Shown one piece after another: positions 48,664-58,461 of a stretch of DNA of 64,000 nt. A program made the translations under genes and the position numbers. The stretch is from an uncultured Candidatus Rokubacteria bacterium (GTDB lineage Bacteria > Methylomirabilota > Methylomirabilia > Rokubacteriales > DASRDR01). The stretch lies in NCBI GenBank assembly GCA_963826115.1, contig CAWGVS010000005.1, positions 1,632,001 to 1,696,000 of the forward strand, given 5' to 3'. The notes below the pieces were generated by a model that searched no databases, had not been told where the DNA came from, and saw only the letters and a program-made list of their open reading frames with translations. Every line of letters begins with the position of its first letter. Positions within the stretch are counted from its first letter, which is position 1.

Positions 48664-51546
48664 TCAGCGAGCGCCCAGCAAGAGGAACGGCGCCCAGTAG
48701 TAGGGATGCGTCGTCGCCGGAGCGCGGAGCAGGACGAGCTCCGCCTCCTGGACCGCGCCCACCCGTCCCGCCGACGGCAGGGCGCGGTGGAAGGCGACCA
48801 TGAAGTCGCGGGTGGCGACGTCGCTCACCTTCCAGAGCGACGCGACGATCGACTGGGACCCCGCCTGGCTGAACGCCGCCGCCAGCGTCACGAGCGCGGC
48901 GCCGGGCACCTGCTCTCCGAGCGCGGTCTCGCACCCGGACAGGATCGCCAGCGAGTTCGGCGGGAGCGAGAGCCCTGCGATCTCCCCGATGGTGAGCCGC
49001 TGGCTCGCGGCATCGTCGCCCGCCAGGAGCAGGTAGGACCGGTCCGGCTGCTCCGGGTCGAGGACGCCGTGCGTGGCGAGGTGGAGCTCCGGGAACTTGA
49101 TGGCGAGCTCGAAGAAGCGGAGCTTCGTGGCCTCCGCGCCGTCGAGCGTCGTGACGCCTGACCGCGCCCGGGCGAGCTCCCGGACCTCGCGGGTCGCCGC
49201 CGGGAGCGTCCCGTCGGGGTTCGAGAGGGCAAGAAGCGGCGCGTCGGGCGCCATCTTGAGCGGGCTCAGGAGGTCAACGAGCTCGAGCTGCGTGACGTAG
49301 CTCACGCGGTGCGTCTCGGCCAGGAATCGCGGCGAGCCGTCGGCCTGCTTCCGGGTCAGCGCGTGGATCGGCAGGTAGAGCAGGAGATCGTTCGGGAAGA
49401 GGATCAGGTCCTTGTGGGTGGCGAGCTCGGGCTCGATGGGCGCGAGCAGATGCGCGGCGAGCTTCTCAGTGGTCGCGCGAAGCGGAGCGACGTCGCGGCG
49501 GAACGCCTCCGACCCGTCGTCCGTCCAGGAAAGCCGCGCGGTGGCGCCGCGCTCGACCTGGGTCCGGTACGCACGCACCAGGTCGTAGAGGTCCTTCTGC
49601 GACACCGCCTGGGTCCGGACCTGGAACTTCCCGCCCGCGGCGACGACGAAGATGTAGAGCGCGTCCGGCGCGGCGAAGTACTGCACGGCCACCGTCCCCG
49701 GCGGCAGCCGCTCGGCGAACTTCGCGATCGCCTTGGGGTCGACGGTCTGCTGCTCGACGAACTGGGCGCGGTAGCGCGGGTACCGCGCCAGGAACGCCTG
49801 CACCTGCCCGAGGTACTCGCTCTTGGTCTTGGCGAGGTCCCGGGTCAGCTCCTGGATGCGCTCCGGGCGTTGCTCGTCGGGGGCCTTCCCCTGCTCGGCC
49901 TGGAGCGCCCGCTCGAGGCGCGTCGTCTCCTCGCGCTTCGTGCCGACGTCCCGGGCCACGCGCCGCGCCTCGGGATCCTGGAGCGTCGGGCGGGCGGCCG
50001 CCATCGTGGTCGCGACGAGGAGGTTCTTCTTGGCCTCGATCGCCGCCAGGGCCTCGAGCTCGTAGCCCTTCGTGGCGTCGCGCTCGTGGAGGCGCAGGAG
50101 GACGCGCGCCAGCGAGTCGAACACCGCGAGCCGGTTGCCGGACTCGAGGTACTGGGCCCGCGACTGCTGCCCGGCGAGGCTACCGGCGAGCCCCCGGATC
50201 ACCGTCGCGGCCTCGGCGTAGGCCGCGGCCGCCTCCACACGCTTGCCGTTCCGCTCGTGGACCCGCCCGAGCAGGTTGCAGGTGCGCCAGTGAATCTCGG
50301 GGAGCCCGCCGTTCCTGAGGACCACCACGGCGCGCTCGAGTGTCACCTGGGCCCGCGCCCCATCCCGGGTCTGCAGGAGGACGATCCCGAGGTTGTTGAG
50401 GAGAAGCCCGATCCGCGGATGGTTCGGGCCGAGGGCCGGCTCGGCGATCCGGAGCGCCCGCTCGAGGTCGCTCCGGGCGAGGACGTAGTCCCGGAGCTCC
50501 ATGGCGACGCGGGCGCGGTTCCGCAGGGTCTCCGACAGCTGCGGATGATTCGGTCCGAGCGTCTGCTCCTGGATCTTCAGGGCCCGCTCGATCAGCGGCA
50601 GCGCGGCCGCGTTGTCGCCCAGCCCGCGCAGCACGATTACGAGCTGCGTCAGGTTCCACGCGACGCTCGGGTGGTTCGGGCCGAGCGCCTTCTCCCGGAT
50701 CGCCAGCGCGCGCTCGAGGAGAGGCCGGGCCTTCTGATGCTCGTCCAGGCGCTCGTAGAGCATGCCGTAGTTGGCCAGGACGTAGCCTAGGTCAGGGTGC
50801 TCGGACCCGAGGACCCGCTCCTGGATGCGGAGCGAGCGCTCGAGGGCGACGCGAGCCTGGTCGTACTCCCCGAGGTCCCGGTAGACGCGGCCGAGATGGG
50901 CGAGGATCTGCGCGGTGCGGAGGTGATTCGGCCCGAGCGTCTTCTCGCGGATCCGGAGCCCCCGCTCGAGAGTGACCCGAGCCAAGCCGAGGTCTCCCAG
51001 ATCGGCCTGAGCCCAACCCAGCCCGCTGAGCGCGGCGGCCACCTCGAGCGCCTCGGGACCGAGCACGTCCTCGCGGATGCGGAGGGCCCGCTCGTAGAGC
51101 GGCCGCGCCGCGGCCACCTTGCCGGCCTGCTGATTGACCTGGGCCAGGGCCTCGAGGGTATCCGCGACGCTCGCGTGCGCGGGACCGAGCTTCGCCTCCT
51201 TGATCCGGAGCGCCCGCGAGAGGGTCGCTTCCGCCGCCGGGTACTCGCCGTTCCGCTCGAGGAGACGGCCGAGGAGGTCGAGCGCCTCGCCGACCTCCAG
51301 GTCGTCCGGGCCGAGCACGCTCTCACGGAGCGCGACCGCCTCCTTGGCCTTCGGGATGGCCTCCTGGAAGCGGCCCTCCTGGAAGGCTCGCAGGGCCTCG
51401 GCCTTCAGGTCCCACGCGCGGCGGAGTGTCTCGTCGTTGGGCGCCGCGGGCGCCGTCCCAGCCGGTGGCGACTGGGCGAGGACCCCCGCCGGCGCGACGA
51501 GCGCGAGCGCCAGGGCGAGCACGAGCCAGGTCGCCGGTCTCAGCAT
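48664..51546 (-). CDS. Secreted TPR-CHAT (caspase-like protease) protein
   Basis: Signal peptide; about ten 42-aa TPR repeats (ERAL.I.E..LGP.HP); CHAT His/Cys dyad LHLATHG / LSGCETALG; ASLWKV, HPYYWAPF. Confidence 0.9.
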   Translation of the reverse strand: MLRPATWLVLALALALVAPAGVLAQSPPAGTAPAAPNDETLRRAWDLKAEALRAFQEGRFQEAIPKAKEAVALRESVLGPDDLEVGEALDLLGRLLERNGEYPAAEATLSRALRIKEAKLGPAHASVADTLEALAQVNQQAGKVAAARPLYERALRIREDVLGPEALEVAAALSGLGWAQADLGDLGLARVTLERGLRIREKTLGPNHLRTAQILAHLGRVYRDLGEYDQARVALERSLRIQERVLGSEHPDLGYVLANYGMLYERLDEHQKARPLLERALAIREKALGPNHPSVAWNLTQLVIVLRGLGDNAAALPLIERALKIQEQTLGPNHPQLSETLRNRARVAMELRDYVLARSDLERALRIAEPALGPNHPRIGLLLNNLGIVLLQTRDGARAQVTLERAVVVLRNGGLPEIHWRTCNLLGRVHERNGKRVEAAAAYAEAATVIRGLAGSLAGQQSRAQYLESGNRLAVFDSLARVLLRLHERDATKGYELEALAAIEAKKNLLVATTMAAARPTLQDPEARRVARDVGTKREETTRLERALQAEQGKAPDEQRPERIQELTRDLAKTKSEYLGQVQAFLARYPRYRAQFVEQQTVDPKAIAKFAERLPPGTVAVQYFAAPDALYIFVVAAGGKFQVRTQAVSQKDLYDLVRAYRTQVERGATARLSWTDDGSEAFRRDVAPLRATTEKLAAHLLAPIEPELATHKDLILFPNDLLLYLPIHALTRKQADGSPRFLAETHRVSYVTQLELVDLLSPLKMAPDAPLLALSNPDGTLPAATREVRELARARSGVTTLDGAEATKLRFFELAIKFPELHLATHGVLDPEQPDRSYLLLAGDDAASQRLTIGEIAGLSLPPNSLAILSGCETALGEQVPGAALVTLAAAFSQAGSQSIVASLWKVSDVATRDFMVAFHRALPSAGRVGAVQEAELVLLRAPATTHPYYWAPFLLLGAR

Positions 51547-51592
51547 GTCCGGGCCCTCCCGCGGCCCCGCAGGACCGCCGCGCGGGCGGTCG

Positions 51593-52567
51593 TCATGGCT
51601 TCCGGCTCGCGAGGAACTCCGCCTCGTCAAACTCCTGGGCGGCGAGGTCCGTGAGCCCGACGCGATCGTAGACGTAGCCGAGGAGCTGACGGAGGGTCGG
51701 CTCGTCGGGATCCTGCTGGATGGCCGACTGGAGCTCACTCCGGGCGTCGGCGTAGAGCCCCTCCTGGAAGAAGAGCCCGGCGCGCATGAGCGCGGGCGGG
51801 CTCCCGACCTCGCCGCCGGGCGCCGCGGCCGCGAGGTCGGCCAGCGCCGTACGGATGCGCGTCGCATCCCCGGTGGCGACCACTTCGAACTCGGCCCGCT
51901 GGGGCGGCTGGCCGGGCGCGTCGAGCGTCCAGCTGTAGCGAGTCCCTGGCGCCAGAGCCGGGGCAGACTCCGGGTACGGCAGCGGCCGGCGCGGGAGGCC
52001 CGCCTGCTCCCACACGAGCCCCTGCGGGCTCACGAGGCGGACGCCGTAGTCGGGGCGCGGAGGCCCGGCCCACTCGAAGGTGACCGCGCCGGGGAGAAGG
52101 CGTGTCTCGCGCGGCGAGAGGATCCGGGGTGGCGGGGACCCCGACCGGACGGACAGCGACTGGTAGGTCGGCGGCTTGGGCTGGCCCAGCAGGAACTGCG
52201 TCACGCCGGCCACCAGGCCACGCGCCCGGTCGGCTCCCGTCTCTCCCCGGGGTGCCGCCACCGTGAACGGCGAGTTGGCCGCGGTCACCGCCTGGGCGCC
52301 GCCACCGGTGAACGCGAGCGTCGCCCGGCCGTCGGCGGTCACGCGGACCTGGTCCCCCGGACGGAGCGCCTGGAGGGCACGCGGGGCGCTCCAGTCCCCG
52401 TCCTCCGCTCGCTTGATACGGATCTCGCCCTTGCCGGCGCGGATCTCGGTGAGGACGGCGACCGGGTCGGCCGCGCGCGCCAGGCCCGGCCAGAGCGCGC
52501 CGAGGAGCGTCAGGGCCGCGAGGAGAGCCATCGCGGCCGCGAGGCTGGAGTCACGGCGCCCGGTCAT
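51593..52567 (-). CDS. Exported FecR-like/DUF928-like/TPR protein
   Basis: Signal peptide; GEIRIKR...LRPGDQVRV; YPESAPALAPGTRYSW; C-terminal TPR (GLYADA). Confidence 0.65.
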   Translation of the reverse strand: MTGRRDSSLAAAMALLAALTLLGALWPGLARAADPVAVLTEIRAGKGEIRIKRAEDGDWSAPRALQALRPGDQVRVTADGRATLAFTGGGAQAVTAANSPFTVAAPRGETGADRARGLVAGVTQFLLGQPKPPTYQSLSVRSGSPPPRILSPRETRLLPGAVTFEWAGPPRPDYGVRLVSPQGLVWEQAGLPRRPLPYPESAPALAPGTRYSWTLDAPGQPPQRAEFEVVATGDATRIRTALADLAAAAPGGEVGSPPALMRAGLFFQEGLYADARSELQSAIQQDPDEPTLRQLLGYVYDRVGLTDLAAQEFDEAEFLASRKP

Positions 52568-54488
52568 CGGCTCCTCCCATCCCCTCGCCCTCGCCGGCGG
52601 CCGCTGGCCGACCGGTCCGCGCAGATGCTACCGCCAGGAGCTCGTACACGTGGAGGGGCTCCGCCCGGCCCTTGACGGGAATCGCCCCACGATACCGCGT
52701 CTCCACCCGATCGCCGAGGGCTCCCAGCGTCTCGGCGGTGACCAGGGTCGAGGTCCCCAGGTCCTTGTTCAAGCCCTCCAGCCGGGCCGTCACGTTGACC
52801 GTGTCGCCGACCACCGTGTACTTGATCCGCCCGGGTCCCCCGACGTTGCCCGCGAAGACGATGCCGGTATGGATCCCGATGCCCATCCGGAGCGTCGGCG
52901 CCGCGCGCGCGGCCCACCCGCGGTTCAGCCGCTCGAGCGCGGCCTGCATCCCCATGGCCGCCCGCGCCGCGCGCCAGGCGTGGTCCGGGTCCGGGAGCAG
53001 CGCGCCGAAGACCACGAGGATCCCGTCGCCGATGAAGTCGTTGATCATGCCGCGCTCGGCGAAGATGGCGTCGATCATCGCGGGGAAGTACTCGTTGAGG
53101 TGTGCGGCCACCTGCTCGGCGGGCATCGTCTCGGACAAGGTCGTGAAGCCGCGGAGGTCCGACACCAGGACGGTGACCTCGCGGCGCGCCCCCTCGAGCG
53201 TCGGGTTCTCGGCGAGCACCTGATCCATCACGTCGCGCCCCACGTAGCGCCCGAACGAGTCCCGGAAGCGGCGCCTCGCGAGGACCTCGGCGCCGACGCC
53301 GGTGAGGCACGTCGCCAGGACGGGCAGCAGGAAGTCGACGGCGTAGCCGCCGCCGTGGAACGCGAGGTAGCTCGCGGGCACCCCCGCGCCGAGCGCGACG
53401 GCGAGCGCGGCGAGCGTGCCGCCGAGAGGCCCGAGCCACGCGAGGAGCGCGCCGGCCACGCCCACGACGCCAAGCGAGACCCCGAGGCCGACGAGCCAGC
53501 CGGCGGGGCGGATGAGGGAGCGGGTCGCGAGCATGTGGACCACGGTGGCGTGGATCTCGACGCCCGCGAGGCGACCCACGGGTGTCTGGAAAAAGTCGCG
53601 GCTGTCGGCGAACGTGGCGCCGACCAGCGCGACCCTGCCCCGCAGCGGGTTGTCCTCGGCCACCGGCGGCGCGCCGGGCTCGCCCAGCTCGGCGACGGCG
53701 TCGCTCGGGATCGCGAGGAAGCTGCCGGCGGGCCCGACGAAGTTGATGCGCCAGAGCTCGTCGGCCTGGAGCGCCATCGAAGGCCCGCCGGACGGGCGCC
53801 ACTCCCCGTCGCGCCACAACGGGTAGCCGGCGAGGTCAGCGGGAAGCGCGGATGGGGCGGACCCGGTCGCCCCGTCCACGGCCGCGAGGACGGCGAGCCC
53901 GAACGCCGGCGCGGGCGAACCGCCGGGCCCTGGCAGGAGCGCCGCCATCCGGCGGATGACGCCGTCGTCGTCGATCGGTACGCGGTCGGACCCGCGGGGC
54001 ACCGCGCGGAGGGCCGCCGAGGCGGCGAGCGGGCCCGTCTCCGGGGGCCGCGCGTCGACCAGGACCAGGGGCCGGCGGCGCGAGGCGAGCTCCTCGATCG
54101 CCCGCACGAGGGCCCCGTCCTCCGCCGCCGTCGTCGGGGCCGAGAGCGCGATGTCGAGCCCGATGACGGCCGCGCCACTCCGGTCGAGGCCGCGGACGAC
54201 GCTCGCCAGGTACCCGCGTGGAATCGGCTGCCGCGCGCCGAGCTTCTCGAACGCCCCCTCGTCGACGGCGACGATCACGACCTCGGACGGGAACCGCTGA
54301 CCGCCGAGGCGCTGGAGGAGGTCGAGCGTGCGAACCTGCAGCGGCTCGAGCCAGCCGACGGCCGAGGCAGCCGTGACGGCCACCGCCGCCACTGCGCCCG
54401 TGATCCAGAGCTGGCCGAGCCGGCGGAGGCGGCGGGCGCGGCTCCGCAGCGCGGTCGGCGGGGCGCCCGAAGCCGGCGTGTCCGCCAT
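52551..54488 (-). CDS. CHASE2-domain class III nucleotide cyclase
   Basis: VVIVAVDE, VIGLDI, DDDGVIRR, GVEIHA; three TM; SDLRGFT, FIGDG, GIGIHTG, GDTVNVTARLE. Confidence 0.92.
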   Translation of the reverse strand: MADTPASGAPPTALRSRARRLRRLGQLWITGAVAAVAVTAASAVGWLEPLQVRTLDLLQRLGGQRFPSEVVIVAVDEGAFEKLGARQPIPRGYLASVVRGLDRSGAAVIGLDIALSAPTTAAEDGALVRAIEELASRRRPLVLVDARPPETGPLAASAALRAVPRGSDRVPIDDDGVIRRMAALLPGPGGSPAPAFGLAVLAAVDGATGSAPSALPADLAGYPLWRDGEWRPSGGPSMALQADELWRINFVGPAGSFLAIPSDAVAELGEPGAPPVAEDNPLRGRVALVGATFADSRDFFQTPVGRLAGVEIHATVVHMLATRSLIRPAGWLVGLGVSLGVVGVAGALLAWLGPLGGTLAALAVALGAGVPASYLAFHGGGYAVDFLLPVLATCLTGVGAEVLARRRFRDSFGRYVGRDVMDQVLAENPTLEGARREVTVLVSDLRGFTTLSETMPAEQVAAHLNEYFPAMIDAIFAERGMINDFIGDGILVVFGALLPDPDHAWRAARAAMGMQAALERLNRGWAARAAPTLRMGIGIHTGIVFAGNVGGPGRIKYTVVGDTVNVTARLEGLNKDLGTSTLVTAETLGALGDRVETRYRGAIPVKGRAEPLHVYELLAVASARTGRPAAAGEGEGMGGADDRAP

Positions 54489-54495
54489 GGCCGGC

Positions 54496-55176
54496 TCAGG
54501 GCTCCACGCGCCGGGAGCCCGCGCCCGGCTCGGGCCAGCCCGCGTCCCCGATCAGCGGCACGAACGCGACCGCACCGAGCGACTCGCGCGCGTACGCGTC
54601 CGGCGCTCGTCGCGTCACGCGCACGAGCTCTTGCGATCGGGGCGTGACGCCCACCGGAACGACGAGGTGGCCGCCCACGCGAAGCTGGGGCAGGAGCGGC
54701 GCCGGCACCTCCGGCCCGCCCGCCGTCACGACGATCCCGTCGTAGGGCGCGTGCTCCGGCCAGCCGAGCGTGCCGTCCCCCTCGAGCACGTGGACGTTCC
54801 GGTAGCCGAGCGCGTCGAGCCGCGCCCGGGCGGCGCGCGCCAGCGCCGGGAGCCGCTCCACCGTGTAGACCTCGGCCACGATCTCGGCCAGCACGGCCGT
54901 GGCGTATCCCGAGCCCGTACCGATCTCGAGGACTCGGTCGGTCGGCTCGGGCGCGATGGCCTCCAGCATGAGCGCGACGATGTACGGCTGGGAAATGGTC
55001 TGCGCCTCCGCGATCGGCAGCGCCGAGTCCTCGTAGGCGTCGGGCACGTCGAGGACCGGGACGAAGCGCTCCCGCGGCACCGCGCCCATCGCGCGCAGGA
55101 CCGCCGGACTGCGGATGCCGCGAGGCACCAGCTGCGTGTCGACCATCCGGCGCCGCATGGCGGCGGGGTCCGTCAT
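54496..55176 (-). CDS. pcm: Protein-L-isoaspartate O-methyltransferase
   Basis: QTISQPY, LEIGTGSGY, GDGTLGW, FVPLIG. Confidence 0.93.
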   Translation of the reverse strand: MTDPAAMRRRMVDTQLVPRGIRSPAVLRAMGAVPRERFVPVLDVPDAYEDSALPIAEAQTISQPYIVALMLEAIAPEPTDRVLEIGTGSGYATAVLAEIVAEVYTVERLPALARAARARLDALGYRNVHVLEGDGTLGWPEHAPYDGIVVTAGGPEVPAPLLPQLRVGGHLVVPVGVTPRSQELVRVTRRAPDAYARESLGAVAFVPLIGDAGWPEPGAGSRRVEP

Positions 55177-55685
55177 CAGCTCCGCCGCTCCGCGGCAGGC
55201 TCGGGCAGGCGCGCCTCGGAATCGGGACGGCGCGTGAAGCGCAGGGTCACGACGCCCTGGTCCGCCGAGCGCGCGGTGACGTGGCCCAGGCGGGCGATCA
55301 GCGATTGCATCCGGCGGTTGTCGGAGAGGACGTACGCCACGAACCGCCTGATGCCGCGCATCGCCGCGCGGTCGAGAAGGGCTCCGAGGAGGGCCGTCCC
55401 GAGCCCGCGCTTCTGCCACGCGTCCTGGACCACGAGCGCGATCTCCGCCTCGTCGCTTCCGGGCGGGGCGCCGTAGCGCGCGACGCCGATCAGGTCGCCG
55501 GCGGGGTCGAGCGCCACGAGCGCCGCGCGACGGTCGTCGTCGACCTCGGCCAGGACCCGCGCCCAGTCCGGCGGCAGGCGGCGCATCGCGGCGAAGAACC
55601 GCTGGTAGGCGGTTTCCGGGGACAGCCGATCGTAGAGCCGCGTGAGCGCCGCCGCGTCGTGCCCCTGGATGGGACGCAGCCGCAC
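55176..55685 (-). CDS. GNAT family acetyltransferase (true start probably further upstream)
   Basis: LSPETAYQRFF, GVARY, WQKRGLGTAL, NRRM; upstream in-frame TVRLRDGTA also looks coding. Confidence 0.82.
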   Translation of the reverse strand: MRLRPIQGHDAAALTRLYDRLSPETAYQRFFAAMRRLPPDWARVLAEVDDDRRAALVALDPAGDLIGVARYGAPPGSDEAEIALVVQDAWQKRGLGTALLGALLDRAAMRGIRRFVAYVLSDNRRMQSLIARLGHVTARSADQGVVTLRFTRRPDSEARLPEPAAERRS

Positions 55686-55752
55686 TGCGGTGCCGTCGCG
55701 GAGCCGTACGGTCCACCCGGGGTCCAGCCGCCACCTCTCGCCGGAGCCGGAG

Positions 55753-57078
55753 CTACGACCCCGGATAGGTCTCGAACGCGCCCAGGCGACGGACGAGGGT
55801 GAGGTAGTCCTCGCGCGACAGCTTCGGTCCCGCCTCGGCCTTCACCCGCCGCGCCTCGCGGGCGCCGTCGTGGAGCAGGTCGACGACGGTCATCGCCATG
55901 GCCTTGGCCGGGTTGACCGCGGCCAGCATGTGGTCGACGACCATGTAGTCCGCCCCGTGGATGGTCCCGCGGACCCCGCCGGCCCGGGGATGCACGACCG
56001 GCATCACGAACCCGAGGTCGCCCACGTCCGTCGACCCGGTAGAGTGGCGAGGCCGTCCCATGTTGCTCTCGCCCACGACGGCCGCGCAGTTGGCCCGGCT
56101 GAGCGCCACCAGGTTGGGGTCCATCTGCTGCGGCAGGTATCCGGGCACGGTCGTGATCTCGACCCGCGCGCCCATCGCCTGGGCGCCCGCGCGGAGGCTC
56201 CGGTCGACCTTGCGGGCGGCGTCGGCGAACGCCTCGACCGTCTTCCCGCGCACGAACGTCTCGAGGCGCACGTCGGCGGGCACGGCGCTCACCGCCTCGC
56301 CGCCGCGTGTGATGATGGGGTGCACGCGGATCGTGTCGTCGTCCCGGAACGTCTCCCGGTTGGCGTCGATGGCGTGGAGCGCGATCTGGGCGGCCTTCAG
56401 CGCGTTGATCCCGAGGTGCGGGGCGCTGCCTGCGTGGGCGCCCCGGCCCACGAACCGCATGAACTTCACCACGCAGCCGTTGTGCGTGTCCCCGACGCTC
56501 GCCAGCCCGTCCTCGACGCGCGCGTTCGTGTGCGTGATGGTCGCCATGTCCACGTCGTCGAACTCGCCGAGGCGGATCAGCTCGGCCTTGCCGACAAGAA
56601 ACTCGAGCTGGCCCTTCTCGCGGAGCCCGAGCCGCCATTCCACCTCGATGTACTCCTCCGCGGGCACGGCGAACAGCACGACGTCCCCGTCCAGGTCGTC
56701 CATCACCGCCTGGAGCCCCATCCCCGCCCCGATCATCGAGGCCACCTGGGCGTTGTGGCCGCAGGCGTGCGCGGCGTGGGTGGTCGGATCGGCCAGGGGA
56801 TGCTCGCCCACGATGAGGGAGTCGAGCTCGCCCAAGACCGCGACGGTCGGTCCCCGGGAGCGCCCGCGAAGGCGCGTCTTCACCCCGGTGAGGGCCAGCC
56901 CCTCGCGGCAGTCGAGCCCCATCCGGCGAAACCAGCCGGCCACGAACTCGGCGGTCCGGGCCTCCCGGTATCCCGGCTCCGGGTGCTTCATGATGTGGTC
57001 GCTGATCGTGACGATGTCGTGCTTCCGGCGATCGATCTCGGCGCACAGGCGCGCCTTCAGCTCCTCGACAGTGGCCAT
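55753..57078 (-). CDS. M20 family amidohydrolase
   Basis: HPEPGYRE, GELD, HACGHN, PAEE, AHAG, GSTDVG. Confidence 0.88.
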   Translation of the reverse strand: MATVEELKARLCAEIDRRKHDIVTISDHIMKHPEPGYREARTAEFVAGWFRRMGLDCREGLALTGVKTRLRGRSRGPTVAVLGELDSLIVGEHPLADPTTHAAHACGHNAQVASMIGAGMGLQAVMDDLDGDVVLFAVPAEEYIEVEWRLGLREKGQLEFLVGKAELIRLGEFDDVDMATITHTNARVEDGLASVGDTHNGCVVKFMRFVGRGAHAGSAPHLGINALKAAQIALHAIDANRETFRDDDTIRVHPIITRGGEAVSAVPADVRLETFVRGKTVEAFADAARKVDRSLRAGAQAMGARVEITTVPGYLPQQMDPNLVALSRANCAAVVGESNMGRPRHSTGSTDVGDLGFVMPVVHPRAGGVRGTIHGADYMVVDHMLAAVNPAKAMAMTVVDLLHDGAREARRVKAEAGPKLSREDYLTLVRRLGAFETYPGS

Positions 57079-57246
57079 CCCGTCTCCTCTCGCCGGACCG
57101 GTCGACCGGTCCGGGCGCGGTGCGACGGTACACCACGGCCGTCGTCACGGACAAGCGCGCCGGCCGCCCGCTTCCGGAGCCCGCGGGAGGGACACCGCGG
57201 GAGTACACTCGACCCCGTGGTCACACCCCGACCCGCGAGGAGACCC

Positions 57247-58122
57247 ATGGCGAACAGGACGTTCCCGGTGCTCGTGGCGACCGATGGCAGCGCCCAGGCG
57301 CGCGCGGCGGTGGACGCCGCCGTCGGCTTCCCCTGGCCACGCGGGAGCGAGGGGCACGGGGTCGTCTCGCGCGGCATGCCCGTGCTCTCGGACGCAACGC
57401 CGGCCGTGTGGGACGCCCTCTTTCAGGCCGCCCGCGCCGAAGCGCAGCGCGCCGAGCGCCGCCTGCGCCGCCGCTGGCCGGATGCGGAGGCCACGGTCAC
57501 CGACCTGCCCCCCGTCCCCGGCATCCTCGCCCAGGCCCGCAAGCTCAGGGCCCGCGCGATCGTGCTCGGATCGCGGGGACTCGGCGCCGTCGGCCGGTTC
57601 CTCCTCGGCAGCGTGAGCCGGGCGGTCGTGAGACAGGCGTCCTCGCCCGTGCTCGTCGTGCGAGGGCGGAAGCGGCCTCCGCGGCGCTTCCTGGTCGGCG
57701 TCGACGGCTCGCCGCACGCACGCGCGGCCGTCGCGTGCGTCGCGTCGCTCACCCGGCCGGTCGGCGGGCGCGTCACGCTCCTCGGCGTGGTCGAGCCCGT
57801 TCGCCCGCCCTCGACCGGGCCGTTCCCCACGCGACTCCGGGCGCTCGTGACCCGCGAGGCGGCGAACGTCGAGCGGGAGCGAGTCGCGGGGGTGCGCCGG
57901 GAGCTCGAGACGGCAAGCGCCCGCCTCGTGCGAGCGGGATGGCGAGTGCGGACCGAGGTCCGACTCGGGCGACCGCTCGAGGAGCTCCTGGACGCCGCCC
58001 GCGATGCCGACGTCCTCGTCGTCGGCGCACGGGGCGTCAGCGCGATGGAGCGCCTGATCCTGGGGAGCGTCGCCGAAGGCGCCGTCAGCCGCGCGGCAGT
58101 ACCCGTGCTCATCGTCCGCTGA
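57247..58122 (+). CDS. Tandem universal stress protein
   Basis: Two Usp domains: ATDGS...GSRG...LGSVS and VDGS...GARG...LGSVA. Confidence 0.9.
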   Translation: MANRTFPVLVATDGSAQARAAVDAAVGFPWPRGSEGHGVVSRGMPVLSDATPAVWDALFQAARAEAQRAERRLRRRWPDAEATVTDLPPVPGILAQARKLRARAIVLGSRGLGAVGRFLLGSVSRAVVRQASSPVLVVRGRKRPPRRFLVGVDGSPHARAAVACVASLTRPVGGRVTLLGVVEPVRPPSTGPFPTRLRALVTREAANVERERVAGVRRELETASARLVRAGWRVRTEVRLGRPLEELLDAARDADVLVVGARGVSAMERLILGSVAEGAVSRAAVPVLIVR

Positions 58123-58322
58123 CGGATCGCGGGGCCAGGCCGCACACCGGGTCGTCGCCCCGCGCCCCGCCGTCCCGGACGCCCAGGCCTGCCTCCCGGA
58201 TGGGCAGGCTGCCTGCCGACGCGCCACGCCGGAGTGACGGTGCGCGGCGCCTCGATCCCCTCATCGAGACCAACTCCCCGTCAAAGCGAACCGACCGCGG
58301 CCGCAAGGCTCCGGCGGAGACC

Positions 58323-58338
58323 CGGCACTCTCCTTGCT
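58323..58338 (+). promoter_or_regulatory. Sigma-54 (-24/-12) promoter
   Basis: CGGCAC-tctcc-TTGCT (GG-N10-GC). Confidence 0.65.
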
Positions 58339-58374
58339 ACTCCCCAGGCGCGCGCGGCGCTCGCGTCGCGCGCG

Positions 58375-58413
58375 GGCAACGGCGCCATCACGCATGGCGC
58401 CGTTTCGTGTTTC
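58375..58413 (+). terminator. Leader terminator overlapped by an ANTAR-type hairpin
   Basis: Perfect 11-bp stem AACGGCGCCAT/ATGGCGCCGTT followed by TCGTGTTTC; GGC-AACGGC-GCC hexaloop (A1, G4) on its 5' arm. Confidence 0.6.
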
Positions 58414-58461
58414 GGCGCCAGGCGCCGGGCCATCACCACGCCACACGAATGGGGAGGGTCG

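Noticed and set aside
50300-51330. Periodic ~126-bp DNA similarity as a CRISPR array or tandem repeat
   Set aside because: Explained by the 42-aa TPR coding repeats; there are no identical repeats with spacers and no cas genes
48664-51546. Craspase (type III-E) or another anti-phage CHAT system
   Set aside because: No Cas7-11, array or defence partners, and the protein carries a signal peptide
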